Notes: generated by a model from the letters alone, not told the origin. A stretch of 64,000 nucleotides of DNA from Bdellovibrionales bacterium (GCA_965217115.1 OZ244239.1:1792001-1856000), one strand, 5' to 3'. Counted from the stretch's first letter, positions 1 through 10,173 are shown. Translations and numbers: made by a program.

Positions 1-11
1 CTCTGTTGGGC

Positions 12-42
12 ATCAAAAACCAACACTTTGTTGGTTTTTGAT
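12..42. promoter_or_regulatory. Perfect 14-bp inverted repeat (ATCAAAAACCAACA-ctt-TGTTGGTTTTTGAT), candidate operator or terminator
   Basis: Read directly; ends 35 bp upstream of the HTH gene start. Confidence 0.45.
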
Positions 43-76
43 TGATTAGGCATATTAACTGTTGTAGTAAGTTCTT

Positions 77-841
77 ATGAATCAATCAGAGGTTAACAAT
101 AGGGCATTCAAATTTTTTTTAGAAAATGAACTTGAGAGAAGGCAAGCTAAGAATAGTAGCTATTCATTACGTTCATTTGCTAAATTTTTAGAGATAGATG
201 CCCCAACATTATCTAAAATTTTGAATGGTAAAAAAGTGATTGGTGAGAAACTAATTACTAGACTTAGTGAAAAATTAGGAAGTACTCCAAACAGCTTCCT
301 CTGTAAAGAGTGTAGCTCTGAAGAGGATTTTTCTTTTCACCTTTTAACCAAAGACCAAGCACAGTATCTATCCCATTGGTATTATTATGCGATTTTAGAG
401 GTAATTGAATTAGATGACTTCCAGTATGATTATAAATGGATTAGCAAAAGACTAAATATACCGTATAAGCAAGCTCAGACGGCAATAGAAAGAATGATAC
501 GACTAGGACTTATTGAAAAAAGAAATGGTTGTTTGATAGATAAAACGAGTGGCAAAACTACAAACATTAGTTCTGAGCTGTCATCAAGCTCAAGAAGAGA
601 ACACCAAAAAGAAATTTTAGAGTTAGCTATTGATGCACTTGAAAACACATCTCCATACATAAGAGATCAAAGTTCAATGACTGTATCAATTAACACTGAT
701 GATATCCCTAAAACAAAGGCCCTTATTAAACAATTCAGACGAGATATGTCGAAATTTTTAAATAATTCAAAAAACAAAGATCAAGTTTATAATTTAGGGA
801 TTTCGTTTTATCCCGTAACAAAGGGGATATTCAATGAGTAA
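77..841 (+). CDS. TIGR02147/DUF4423-family protein with N-terminal XRE-like HTH
   Basis: YSLRSFAKFLEIDAPTLSKILNGKK HTH, 'WYYYAILE', 'RDQSSMT' and C-terminal 'VYNLGISFYP' are typical of this Bdellovibrionota-expanded family. Confidence 0.8.
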   Translation: MNQSEVNNRAFKFFLENELERRQAKNSSYSLRSFAKFLEIDAPTLSKILNGKKVIGEKLITRLSEKLGSTPNSFLCKECSSEEDFSFHLLTKDQAQYLSHWYYYAILEVIELDDFQYDYKWISKRLNIPYKQAQTAIERMIRLGLIEKRNGCLIDKTSGKTTNISSELSSSSRREHQKEILELAIDALENTSPYIRDQSSMTVSINTDDIPKTKALIKQFRRDMSKFLNNSKNKDQVYNLGISFYPVTKGIFNE

Positions 842-1778
842 CAAAACTATCATTCTATTACTTTTCATAACATTTTCAATTAATTCATTTTCTGGTGAAC
901 GAGAAGGTGGTGCTGGCAACTTATACATCAAGAATTTTGTACAGGTCGCAAAAGAAACAATAGTAGAGATTGAAAAAAAGTCAGAGAATAATTACTCTAA
1001 TATGCTAAATCAGGCATTAAAGAAAGTTACAAAAAGTGACTCTATTCAATTAGTAAAAGAACTTGTTGATAGAAAAGGTCGCCCTATTGAAGAAAATAAT
1101 CTTTACGCATACTCATGGCCAGGAAAAATTCAACTTCTTGAAGATGTTTGGCTTGGCTGGCTAGAAGACTTAGATATAGCAAGAAAATATAAAGCTGATA
1201 TTATTCATGAGCTTTTTAGAACAATAAAAGTTGATATGGATGATGATTATAGTATCTCCATTGTCGAGCTTCAATTAGGTATTCTTGAGGGGGAAGCGAG
1301 AATAGAAGAACATGAAAATGATTTGCTATCACTTCTTAGAGCTGGGGCGATAGTAATTACAGGGGCAACTGATGGTACAGAAGGCTCCTTCTGGTGGTTA
1401 AGTAACTCAGATGATATCACTGTCCGTAAAGGAAGAAATATTACAAATATTGTGAAAGCTGGAATTAAAGCTGCTAAGAATAAAAAATTAGTACGTTTTA
1501 TGAAAGCATGTTCAAGTGCAGGCGGTTGGGCAAATCAAGGTAAGTGCTTTTCTAAGGGATTAGAAAAAATAAACTTAGACATCTATATCTCTTCTACGAT
1601 GGCAAAACATGTGGTGAAAAAAATGTGTTCAAATGCTCGAATGTATGCTGATGGAGGGAGGTGTCTAAAAAGTGCTGTGCCGCTTATTAACGATCCTATT
1701 TTGCAAGATTCAACGGCTGGGTGCGAGTTTTTGAATAGCGGGGATTCAATTACAAATTGCTATCTCTCAGGACTTTAA
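834..1778 (+). CDS. Hypothetical secreted protein with Cys-containing C-terminal region
   Basis: 314-aa ORF, signal peptide, start overlaps upstream stop, AAGGGG RBS. Confidence 0.7.
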   Translation: MSNKTIILLLFITFSINSFSGEREGGAGNLYIKNFVQVAKETIVEIEKKSENNYSNMLNQALKKVTKSDSIQLVKELVDRKGRPIEENNLYAYSWPGKIQLLEDVWLGWLEDLDIARKYKADIIHELFRTIKVDMDDDYSISIVELQLGILEGEARIEEHENDLLSLLRAGAIVITGATDGTEGSFWWLSNSDDITVRKGRNITNIVKAGIKAAKNKKLVRFMKACSSAGGWANQGKCFSKGLEKINLDIYISSTMAKHVVKKMCSNARMYADGGRCLKSAVPLINDPILQDSTAGCEFLNSGDSITNCYLSGL

Positions 1779-1813
1779 TTTTTAAAACTAACTTCATTTA
1801 CAAAGGAATAATT

Positions 1814-2218
1814 ATGAAAAAAACCATTACAGTAATACTCTTTTTTACCGCTTTAAATTCTCAGGCAAATACAGATATGAGACAAAAAAAATATGCAGAA
1901 TTAATTGATGGTGAACTTTTTAGCCAATGTATTAGTAGAAGTTGGCGTTACAATAGAAAAACATGGTTTGGAGCGACATTTATATATTCAAAAACAATTT
2001 TATTGAAGAAGTGGTTAGTGGATGATTTTGATGACCTAATAGAAGGTAGCCTAGAAAGTATTATTCAAAGAATTGGTATTTCAGAGGCTACTTCAGGAGT
2101 TCATAGAAGTGAAGAAAGCGCAGTAAAAGAATGTGAAACGAGAATGCTACAAAAGAAATACTCTGCAAACACTAAAGAAGAGATTAATGCTGCCATTGAG
2201 CGTTTTTTAAATAACTAA
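1814..2218 (+). CDS. Hypothetical secreted protein
   Basis: AAGGA RBS before ATG 1814; MKKTITVILFFTALNSQA signal peptide. Confidence 0.7.
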   Translation: MKKTITVILFFTALNSQANTDMRQKKYAELIDGELFSQCISRSWRYNRKTWFGATFIYSKTILLKKWLVDDFDDLIEGSLESIIQRIGISEATSGVHRSEESAVKECETRMLQKKYSANTKEEINAAIERFLNN

Positions 2219-2238
2219 ATAAAAAACATTAACTTTCT

Positions 2239-2266
2239 AGGGCATCTTTTTAGATGCCTTGTTTTT
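2239..2266 (+). terminator. Rho-independent terminator
   Basis: GGCATCT-tttt-AGATGCC stem followed by T-rich tail. Confidence 0.6.
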
Positions 2267-2271
2267 GGAAG

Positions 2272-2321
2272 GGCGGTTCCTCCATTAATCTGTAAACTTT
2301 CAATTTGAGTCATGTTGCATT
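2272..2321 (-). repeat. IS-end-like repeat, copy 1
   Basis: GGCGGTTCCTCCATTAATCTGTAAACTTTCAATTTGAGTCATGTTGCAT; near-identical at 3003 and inverted near 29900. Confidence 0.85.
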
Positions 2322-2975
2322 TTGAATTTTTTTAGAATAAAAAAGAAAGAGATAGCCAGTATCAAGGAAAAAGCACATCAAACCCAAAAAGTGAAGGAAT
2401 GTCTTATTTGGATAGTGCAAATAAACTCCAATTGAGATGCCTAAAGTTCCTAACATTTTAAACCAAGCGGCAACTTTTGAAAAATCAGTAGGTCTTGAGT
2501 GCTTAAGATAGAGCAGAATATATGTGGAAGAAATTACTAGATTTAGAATATACCCAGTATGGGCCCCACTAGGAACTTCAAGGCCAGATTTTACAAAGGT
2601 AAAATGAAAAAATAACCAAAACAATATTGAAAGGATGTATAAGATATTAAATTGCCATTTCTTGAAAGTGAATGAAAATTGCTTCCATCCATATTTAAAT
2701 ACAGCATAAATAATAATAAGACTCAAAAAAAACCAAATTTTGTAAGCTATTTCAAAAACCGTTCCCATATCAGTAGGGAAAAGAAAACTAAAGATAAACT
2801 CCCAAGCAATATTCCCCGTCGCTGCGAAAACAGGCATTTCGATAAATTTCTTTCTGTAAATATTAACTGCAAAAGATATATAGACTATCACCCAACAGTA
2901 GGCTCCACAGGCAAAAAAGACTAATTCTAGGGGAGGGTATATTTGTAAATTAACAAGATCATTCAAATGGTTCAC
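2310..2975 (-). CDS. Pyr4/PaxB-like transmembrane terpene cyclase family protein
   Basis: About 7 hydrophobic segments; W-x3-Y, MP-x6-NIAWEF, K-x-LGT and C-terminal FFLD-x2-Y motifs. Confidence 0.7.
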   Translation of the reverse strand: MNHLNDLVNLQIYPPLELVFFACGAYCWVIVYISFAVNIYRKKFIEMPVFAATGNIAWEFIFSFLFPTDMGTVFEIAYKIWFFLSLIIIYAVFKYGWKQFSFTFKKWQFNILYILSILFWLFFHFTFVKSGLEVPSGAHTGYILNLVISSTYILLYLKHSRPTDFSKVAAWFKMLGTLGISIGVYLHYPNKTFLHFLGLMCFFLDTGYLFLFYSKKIQNAT

Positions 2976-3002
2976 CCCTTTTTATAAATTTAACAGAATC
3001 TA

Positions 3003-3083
3003 GGCGGTTCCCCCATTAGTCTGTAAACTTTCAATTTGAGTCATGTTGCATTAAGCACATAGCATAGATTTATCCTTTGATGC
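3003..3083 (-). repeat. IS-end-like repeat, copy 2 (probable right end of the IS3 remnant)
   Basis: Matches 2272-2321 and the reverse complement of 29871-29950; abuts transposase fragment. Confidence 0.8.
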
Positions 3084-3300
3084 AAACTCCATCATCTAGG
3101 TTAAGAAATAAATGCTCATTGAGGCACTCATCTCTAAGGCGGCTGTTGAAAAATTTCGATAACTTGATTAGGTTTTTTGACTCTGGTGAAGTCAAGACGG
3201 ATTTTATTCCAATCGCGAGAGCCTTTTTTAAGTGAGACGGAATCGGGTACAGCATGGAGCCAGATTCCTGATCCAGACTGACCATTTCGTTGATCAAAAA
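3070..3300 (-). pseudogene. Degenerate IS3-family transposase (OrfB integrase core) fragment
   Basis: FNSRLRDECLNEHLFLNLDD in one frame and IRLDFTRVKKPNQ in another; frameshifted and truncated; upstream boundary approximate. Confidence 0.7.
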
Positions 3301-3765
3301 AATAATTAGAGTAGGTGGTATTGAAGGCGAGGCTGCTAGACTCTTCATAAAGAAGATTCGGACCTTGGTATTTATGGGTCATAAAATAAACTTCTTCAGG
3401 AGTTTTCAGGTCGCCGAGAATGAATTTGTCACCAGAGCCCTTCAGGGATATGGTTTTTACCTATAAGAGGAACTGCTTTTAATTCATCGAGATGACTTTT
3501 GGATATGGGGTCGTCAGCTGATAGCGAACCGTAAGGTACTGAAAATACAAGGGAAACAGACATAACACGGAAATAACTCTTCTCTCTCAGAGTTGATCAT
3601 ATTGACTGATGGGTCGATAGGTTTGTCAAGAGGGGAAAAGCGTGACAATGTCTCTTTTTTCCTCTAAATATTTGCAGTGAATGAATGCAAAATTTTAAAG
3701 CGCCTTAAATGGCTACATATAAACCCCCTATATATTCGAACATCTTTAGAGAGGAGAAAGTTTTT

Positions 3766-5157
3766 ATGAAATTACATGCATGGACCTCTTTTTTATTTGC
3801 ACTTACCGTTGTTAATGCTCATGGAGCGTCCAAAAGTTTAGCTAAAATCTCGCTTGAGAAAAGCTCACAATTGCCAGAGATTTCTCTAAAACTAGAGGTG
3901 GAAAAGTACAAATTAAAGAATGGGTTAACTGTTCTGTTACATGAAGATCATTCAGCACCTATCGTCAGTTACCAAACGTGGTTTCGTGTTGGCTCCAAGG
4001 ATGAAAAACCAGGGATAACAGGGATAGCACATTTTTTGGAACATTTAATGTTTAAGGGTGCTAAGCGATACACAGGTAAACTTTTTGATAAATTAATGCA
4101 AGCCAATGGTATTACAAATAATGCTTTTACATCTTTAGATTATACAGGTTATTACGAAAATCTCCCAAGCTCTAAATTGGAGCTTATAGTGGATATGGAA
4201 TCAGATCGTATGGAAAACCTCGCCCTGCGTAAGCAGGATTTTAAGAGCGAAAGAGAGGTTGTAAAAGAGGAGCGTCGCTCTCGTGTGGATAATAGCCCCG
4301 TGGGTAAAATGAGTGAGGTCACTTATCACACGATTTTTAAGGTAGCTCCCTACCGTTGGCCAGTGATTGGCTGGATGAGAGATCTAAATAGCATTAATAT
4401 TAAGAATGTCAGAAATTTTTGGAAAAGATTTTATGCTCCAAACAATGCGGTTCTTGTTATTGCAGGCGACATAGATAAAAAGCGTGTTAAAAAATTGGTT
4501 GAAAAATACTATGGACATATTTCCTCTTCGACTAAAATCACCCGTAACTATGCTAAGGAGCCAAGACAGAGTGGGCAGAGAAATGTTGTTATTCGTAAAA
4601 ACATCAAGAGTCCTTATTTCTCTATTGCTTATAAAATTCCCGGGTCAGGTAAAGAGGACGTTTTTGCTCTGGACCTACTGGCAAGTATTTTGGGCCACGG
4701 TCATTCCAGTCGTTTGTATAAACGCTTAGTCTATAAAGAACAATCAGCGGGAGAAATTGGAGTTTCAAGTTATACACCTAAGGAAGCCGGGATTTTTCGT
4801 ATTAGTGGCTCTATCCCTGTCAGTGATAAATCGAATCAGAAATTAGAAAAAGCTATAAAGGGTGTTTTTGCGGAAATTTTGAGAGTTTCTCAGCAGAAGG
4901 TTTCAGAGAAAGAGCTATTGAAAGCTAAAAATCGGTTAATGAAAACTTATGTAGATTCCTTGACAACGATCAGTGGCAAGGCTGAGGTGCTAGCGTTAAA
5001 TGAAATTATTTTTAATTCTTATCAGGTGTTTTTTACAGATTTACAACGTTACAATTCTGTAAGTTTAGAAAAAATCCGTGAAGTGGCTAGAAAATATCTA
5101 AAACCCTCTCGCCGTTCAGTGATAAGACTTCTCCCTAAGAAAAAAGAGGTACTGTAG
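3766..5157 (+). CDS. M16 family zinc peptidase, catalytic subunit
   Basis: HFLEH (HxxEH), NAFT, 'EREVVKEERR'; GAGGAG RBS before ATG 3766; signal peptide. Confidence 0.92.
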   Translation: MKLHAWTSFLFALTVVNAHGASKSLAKISLEKSSQLPEISLKLEVEKYKLKNGLTVLLHEDHSAPIVSYQTWFRVGSKDEKPGITGIAHFLEHLMFKGAKRYTGKLFDKLMQANGITNNAFTSLDYTGYYENLPSSKLELIVDMESDRMENLALRKQDFKSEREVVKEERRSRVDNSPVGKMSEVTYHTIFKVAPYRWPVIGWMRDLNSINIKNVRNFWKRFYAPNNAVLVIAGDIDKKRVKKLVEKYYGHISSSTKITRNYAKEPRQSGQRNVVIRKNIKSPYFSIAYKIPGSGKEDVFALDLLASILGHGHSSRLYKRLVYKEQSAGEIGVSSYTPKEAGIFRISGSIPVSDKSNQKLEKAIKGVFAEILRVSQQKVSEKELLKAKNRLMKTYVDSLTTISGKAEVLALNEIIFNSYQVFFTDLQRYNSVSLEKIREVARKYLKPSRRSVIRLLPKKKEVL

Positions 5158-6594
5158 ATGAAAATAAAAATGAAGATAAAGATGTTTGGAGTAGGGCTCT
5201 TGGTGAGTATTTCCGGGCTGATACTTTTATCAGGCTGTTCGTCTTTGAATATGGGATCAAGTGGTATTTCCTCTAAAGCACCCTCTTTTAAGCCCTACAA
5301 AGAAAAGAGACTTTCTAATGGGTTGAGATTGATTGTTATTCCTGATCGAACTTTACCACGCTTTAGTATAGGGCTAATGGTATTTACAGGGCTAGTGAAT
5401 GATCCTAAATCTAAAGAGGGTTTGAATTCCTTAACGGCTCAAGTGCTATCTAAAGGAACTAAAAGTAAGAGTGCCATTGAGATGGCTGATGCTTTCGGGG
5501 ATCTAGGAACATCATTTTCTCAACAAGCCGGTGATGAGCACTCTTTTTTTTCAAGCAGTAGTTTATCTTTCCATAAGGAAAAACTTTTTGACCTTTTTTA
5601 TGAAACGTTGATGTCTCCGGTATTCGCAAAATCTGAAATAAGACGTTTAAAAAAACAAATGATAAATCAAATCGAACGGAGATCAGATAACCCTTCTGCA
5701 TTTGCGAGTGTTAGTTTCAAGCGCTTTGTTTACGGAAAGCATTCTGCGGGGAACCCATTTAATGGCTCAATAAAGTCAGTGAAACGTTTGAATAAGCAGG
5801 ATGTGACAGGTCATTATTTGCGTTATTATCGCCCGAACAATGCTGTGATGTATATAACAGGAGATTTTTCTCCTAGCTTCCTTAAGCGTGTAGAAAGAAA
5901 AATGGCTTTGTGGAAGAGTCGAGATCTACCCGCCCTGAATTTATCCTCACCTGTCATTAAAAAAGAGGGTCTAAAAATTCGATTGGTTCATAAGAAAGGG
6001 CTCAAACAAGCTCAAATACGTATGGGCCATTTGAGTGTGAAGCGTAGAGATAGAGACTTTTTCCCCCTTAAAATGTCATCTACTATTTTAGGTGGAGGTT
6101 TTTCTAGCCGACTTAATCAGAAAATTCGCGATGATTTAGGGTTAACATATTCAGTGTACTCTTCTTTAAGAGCTAAAAGACAATGGGGAAGCTTGTCTAT
6201 ATCCACCTTTACGCGTAATGAAAAAACTGGACAGACGATTAGTGAAATTTTGAGTCTTTACAAGAAAATAGCGAACAAGGGAGTGTTATCTAAAGAGTTG
6301 AAAGATAATAAGGCTTTGATGATAGGAAGGTTTCCTCGCCAGATGGAAACGGCTGATGACTTGGCTTTTAATTTGCTGATGTTGAGATTGTATAATGTAA
6401 CCGACAGTTATCTTCATAATTATTTAAGAAATGTGAATAACCTAAGTTTAAGCAAGGTGAATCGTGTTATTAGAAAAAATTTTCGACCTAACGATATGAG
6501 AATACTCGTTTATGGCGATGCCTTTAAAGTTCTCAGGCAGCTTAAAAAAATAGGTGATGTTGAAGTTGTCTCATACAAGAGGTCTCTATTATAG
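5158..6594 (+). CDS. M16 family peptidase partner subunit (non-catalytic), lipoprotein
   Basis: No HxxEH; GGGFSSRL..IR..GLTY motif; LSGC lipobox. Confidence 0.88.
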   Translation: MKIKMKIKMFGVGLLVSISGLILLSGCSSLNMGSSGISSKAPSFKPYKEKRLSNGLRLIVIPDRTLPRFSIGLMVFTGLVNDPKSKEGLNSLTAQVLSKGTKSKSAIEMADAFGDLGTSFSQQAGDEHSFFSSSSLSFHKEKLFDLFYETLMSPVFAKSEIRRLKKQMINQIERRSDNPSAFASVSFKRFVYGKHSAGNPFNGSIKSVKRLNKQDVTGHYLRYYRPNNAVMYITGDFSPSFLKRVERKMALWKSRDLPALNLSSPVIKKEGLKIRLVHKKGLKQAQIRMGHLSVKRRDRDFFPLKMSSTILGGGFSSRLNQKIRDDLGLTYSVYSSLRAKRQWGSLSISTFTRNEKTGQTISEILSLYKKIANKGVLSKELKDNKALMIGRFPRQMETADDLAFNLLMLRLYNVTDSYLHNYLRNVNNLSLSKVNRVIRKNFRPNDMRILVYGDAFKVLRQLKKIGDVEVVSYKRSLL

Positions 6595-6646
6595 ATAATC
6601 GGTTTGGCCCCATAGAAAAGAAAGTTTCCCATGGCCTTGTGATTGG

Positions 6647-7393
6647 TTACTTTCTTTTTTTATAGAAAAGATAACCACCGATAGCGATGAGTAGCAGTGC
6701 TAGCCCTAGTATTAAGTCAGATGTGTTACTTGATGATGAATTGAGATCATTTTCTAAATCACCATCATCTTCTCCCAACTCTTGTCCCATAATATGTCCA
6801 ATGGGTGAGCCAATAGTTTCAGAGCCAGGGCGTATAGAACCTATGGATGGTCGATTTAGTAAGCCTTTGGAGGCGATAACCCGTAGACTTTTAATGGCAC
6901 TAAAAAAATCTTTACTGTAGCGGGTGTAGAATTTCTTATGGGCACTGAAGGTGACAAGAATGGCAATTCTATCCTTTAAGGTTGTCATGTATCGAGTGTA
7001 ATAAGAGGGAAGTTCGCTGCCTAAATGCCAGCCATCAACCCAGGTGTGGTCATTGATTTTCTCTTCTTTTACATGGTAGATTTTTGATTGCGAGTTCTGT
7101 CCTTTATGATTTCTCACCAGACGAGGAGTCTTTAAATGGCGTTTGTAGGCACCAAAAGAGTCACTTGGTCCAACTTCTTTGGCCGTAATGATAATAATAG
7201 CTTCCTTGGCTTGTTTTCTGTATTGGCTACGACAAAGCCATTCGGTTTCCTCTAAATGACATTTCCAATTAGGAGGAAGTTCAAAGGAGATATAGGCGTT
7301 ACGGAATACTTTGGCTTGGGATAAACTAGACATAAGTAAAGAAGAGGTGATGATAAGGAAAGAAAAACACAAGAGCCTCATTTGTTGCTTCAT
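6647..7393 (-). CDS. Hypothetical exported protein with C-terminal membrane anchor
   Basis: Signal peptide, C-terminal TM helix plus KKRK; AAGGAG RBS. Confidence 0.75.
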   Translation of the reverse strand: MKQQMRLLCFSFLIITSSLLMSSLSQAKVFRNAYISFELPPNWKCHLEETEWLCRSQYRKQAKEAIIIITAKEVGPSDSFGAYKRHLKTPRLVRNHKGQNSQSKIYHVKEEKINDHTWVDGWHLGSELPSYYTRYMTTLKDRIAILVTFSAHKKFYTRYSKDFFSAIKSLRVIASKGLLNRPSIGSIRPGSETIGSPIGHIMGQELGEDDGDLENDLNSSSSNTSDLILGLALLLIAIGGYLFYKKRK

Positions 7394-7536
7394 CTATAGT
7401 TCTCCTTGTAGCTAAGGCGTTGCCCGTTTTATAGAGTTTGAGAATCAAAAAAACTTATAGTATCTATTAATTGTAATGAATTATAGATAAAAAACAACCG
7501 ATAGGTTATGTTCACATTAAACATGGAGCATCATAC

Positions 7537-8448
7537 ATGATGAATTTTCATCAATTGACTATATTTTGTACAGTTCTCAATGAAGAGAGTATGACGGCAG
7601 CGGCTGATAGGTTGTGTTTGACTCAACCAGCAGTGAGTCAGCAAATTCGTAACTTAGAAGAGGATGTAGGTGCAGACCTATTGGTTCGTGGAGTGAGGAA
7701 AATAAAACCGACACTTCAGGGGCAGCTTTTGTATGATTATGCAAAGAGAATTCTACAGCTAGGTCAACAGGCAGAGATGGCGATTCAAACCATAGGCGCT
7801 GAACTCCGTGGAAATGTGAGAATGGGGAGCTTAAACTCCATTGGGTTACATTTAATTAGCCCTACTGTAGGAATGTTTTTAAAACATAATACGGAATTAA
7901 AATTGAAATTAGATTACAATAGAGGAGAGGAACTTATTCGTGGTATGAACGAAGGTGAATTGGATGCTATTATTCTTCCAGAGACAGAAGAGGAATATGG
8001 CCGAGAAATTCATGGTTCTGATAAAAAGTTTTTAATGAAAGATGAGATGTGGTTGGTGGCATCAGGCCGAGATACATCGATTCCTAAGCATATTAAAATG
8101 GCGACTTTCTTTGAACGTCCCATGGTGGCTTTCTCTGGAGAATATCCCAAATTCAGCTTACGAATGAGAGAGCAAGTGATTAAGCATAACACATCTTTTG
8201 AACCTGTATTTGAATCTTCTAATGTGGGAACTTTAAAAAGAGCGGTGGAGTCAGGTTTGGGTTGGGGTTTTCTTCCATTTCACTGTATACGTAAACAAGT
8301 TCGTTCGGGAAGAATGGTTCGAATTCATGTAGAAGATTTTTCTTATGCTTCAGATTTAAATTTTTATTTTGTTAAAAGTGCAAAGAGGCAATCGATCATT
8401 GATGTCTTTTTCAGAGCATTACAGCATCAGGTCAATTCTATTATTTAA
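7537..8448 (+). CDS. LysR-family transcriptional regulator
   Basis: SMTAAADRLCLTQPAVSQQIRNLEE HTH; ~300 aa. Confidence 0.93.
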   Translation: MMNFHQLTIFCTVLNEESMTAAADRLCLTQPAVSQQIRNLEEDVGADLLVRGVRKIKPTLQGQLLYDYAKRILQLGQQAEMAIQTIGAELRGNVRMGSLNSIGLHLISPTVGMFLKHNTELKLKLDYNRGEELIRGMNEGELDAIILPETEEEYGREIHGSDKKFLMKDEMWLVASGRDTSIPKHIKMATFFERPMVAFSGEYPKFSLRMREQVIKHNTSFEPVFESSNVGTLKRAVESGLGWGFLPFHCIRKQVRSGRMVRIHVEDFSYASDLNFYFVKSAKRQSIIDVFFRALQHQVNSII

Positions 8449-8461
8449 ATAATTATTCTTC

Positions 8462-9298
8462 TTAGAATATAACACCATCAGGAAGTCCTGTGCGTGAAGA
8501 GACGATACGAGTGATTTCTGTAGCTGTTTCCTCTAGAGCTCTCTCAGTGATGTTAAATACAGGCCATCGGCGGTTTTCCTTAAAGAGAGACATTGAATAG
8601 TCAATTTCTTTGTTAATGTAGTTATAACTAGCATACTCTCCACCAGGGTCTTGTCCAAATTTTTGTAAGCGATTACTACGAAATTTTTTTAAATGATCAG
8701 GCTCGATAATTAAACCAATAATTTTTCTTTGATCCACTGCGAATAGTTCTTCTGGTAATGGCGTGTTCAAGACAATGGGAATATTAACAACCTTCCACCC
8801 TTTGTGACTGAGAAAAATAGATAGGGGTGTTTTGCTTGTACGACTTATTCCGACGAGTATAATATCAGCTTCTTCCAAGTTGGCTAAGCATTTTCCATCA
8901 TCACGTTTAACGGTGAATTCAATGGCTTCGATTCTTTTGTAGTATTTTTCATCTACGGCACGTAGGAGTCCAGCTTGGTGAGGGCTATCGCTATTGCCGA
9001 GATAAGTGTCGAGTCCATTTAATAGAGGGCCAAGAATATCTATAACAACTAAACCCTTTTCAGAACAGGAGGATGTGATATGTTTGCGTAGGCTGGGACT
9101 AACCATTGTGTGTAAGATAAGTGCTTGCTGATCAAAGGCATCGTCAATAATGGAATCTATTTGTGAGTCATTGCGGATATTTTTGTAACGAGTGATGTTA
9201 ATATCCGTTTGGTCATACTGGACAAGCGCTGCACGAATAATAGTGGCAGCTGTTTCTCCCGTGCCGTCTGAAATAATAAAAATAGTTGCTTGAGTCAA
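8462..9298 (-). CDS. PEP synthase/pyruvate phosphate dikinase regulatory kinase-pyrophosphorylase (DUF299)
   Basis: ISDGTGETA, AIEFTV..DDG, GISRTSKTP; TTG start after AAGGA. Confidence 0.92.
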   Translation of the reverse strand: MTQATIFIISDGTGETAATIIRAALVQYDQTDINITRYKNIRNDSQIDSIIDDAFDQQALILHTMVSPSLRKHITSSCSEKGLVVIDILGPLLNGLDTYLGNSDSPHQAGLLRAVDEKYYKRIEAIEFTVKRDDGKCLANLEEADIILVGISRTSKTPLSIFLSHKGWKVVNIPIVLNTPLPEELFAVDQRKIIGLIIEPDHLKKFRSNRLQKFGQDPGGEYASYNYINKEIDYSMSLFKENRRWPVFNITERALEETATEITRIVSSRTGLPDGVIF

Positions 9299-9308
9299 AA
9301 TAATCCTT

Positions 9309-9749
9309 TTATTGGTTAGGGGCAGCGATTGAGACATCAAAAGGGAGGTTTTTGAGGAAAGAGACAGAGTTTTTACTGGTTGCAGTGTCGGGAAGAAAAA
9401 GGCGAACACTCTTAGAGTTTATTTTTTCAACAACTTCTGTTAACTGTTGAAACCATTGGGTTTTTGTTTCGTAGGGAATGATAATTGTCCAACGATTTGG
9501 AAGAAGATCTTGGCTAGCAATCAGCAATGGAGCGGGTGTTTTTAAAGCTGTCTCTTTGAGGTTGAGATCACAGAGAGAGATGGTTTTTTTTAGTGCAGAG
9601 GATTTTTCCCGTGAAGGAAAGGTCTGTCGAATGTGAAAATTGAGATACCAGTTAAGCCTTTGTGTCCACCGTGAGTTGGGGAGGTCCGCTAAAACCCAAA
9701 TATTGTGTCCAGAAGACATGGAGGCAGCATGGGAGAGTTGTTTTAACAT
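9309..9749 (-). CDS. Hypothetical protein
   Basis: 146-aa ORF packed in the nrdR-nusB operon. Confidence 0.65.
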   Translation of the reverse strand: MLKQLSHAASMSSGHNIWVLADLPNSRWTQRLNWYLNFHIRQTFPSREKSSALKKTISLCDLNLKETALKTPAPLLIASQDLLPNRWTIIIPYETKTQWFQQLTEVVEKINSKSVRLFLPDTATSKNSVSFLKNLPFDVSIAAPNQ

Positions 9750-9756
9750 AGAAACT

Positions 9757-10173
9757 CTAGGAGATCATTTCTTTAGCTATGGAGTCAAGCAAGGCATTAA
9801 CAAAGGCCTTAGAATCAGTTGTGCCATATACCTTAGCCAACTCTACGGCCTCGTTAATGGCTATGCTAGGCTTTAAATTTTCATAGAGCATTTCGTAAGT
9901 GGCCAAGCGCATGAGATTAAGATCTATAACGGACATACGCTGAACCTTCCATTTAGGACTCATGGCTTGAATTTTATTATCAATATCGGCTCTGTTTTTT
10001 AAGACACCATCAACAAGTTTTTTGGAGAAGTTCACAGCATCGGCAGAGAGGTCATTATTATTGACGGTTTCCACTAATTGGCTCGAAATCTCATAGTCCG
10101 TATTTTTTATAATTGTTTTTTGGTATAAAGTTTGTAGTGCGAGCCTTCTGCCGAGACTTTTGTGATTCTCCAT
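9757..10173 (-). CDS. nusB: Transcription antitermination factor NusB
   Basis: RRLALQTLY, RLATYEM, AINEAVELAK, FVNALLD. Confidence 0.93.
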   Translation of the reverse strand: MENHKSLGRRLALQTLYQKTIIKNTDYEISSQLVETVNNNDLSADAVNFSKKLVDGVLKNRADIDNKIQAMSPKWKVQRMSVIDLNLMRLATYEMLYENLKPSIAINEAVELAKVYGTTDSKAFVNALLDSIAKEMIS

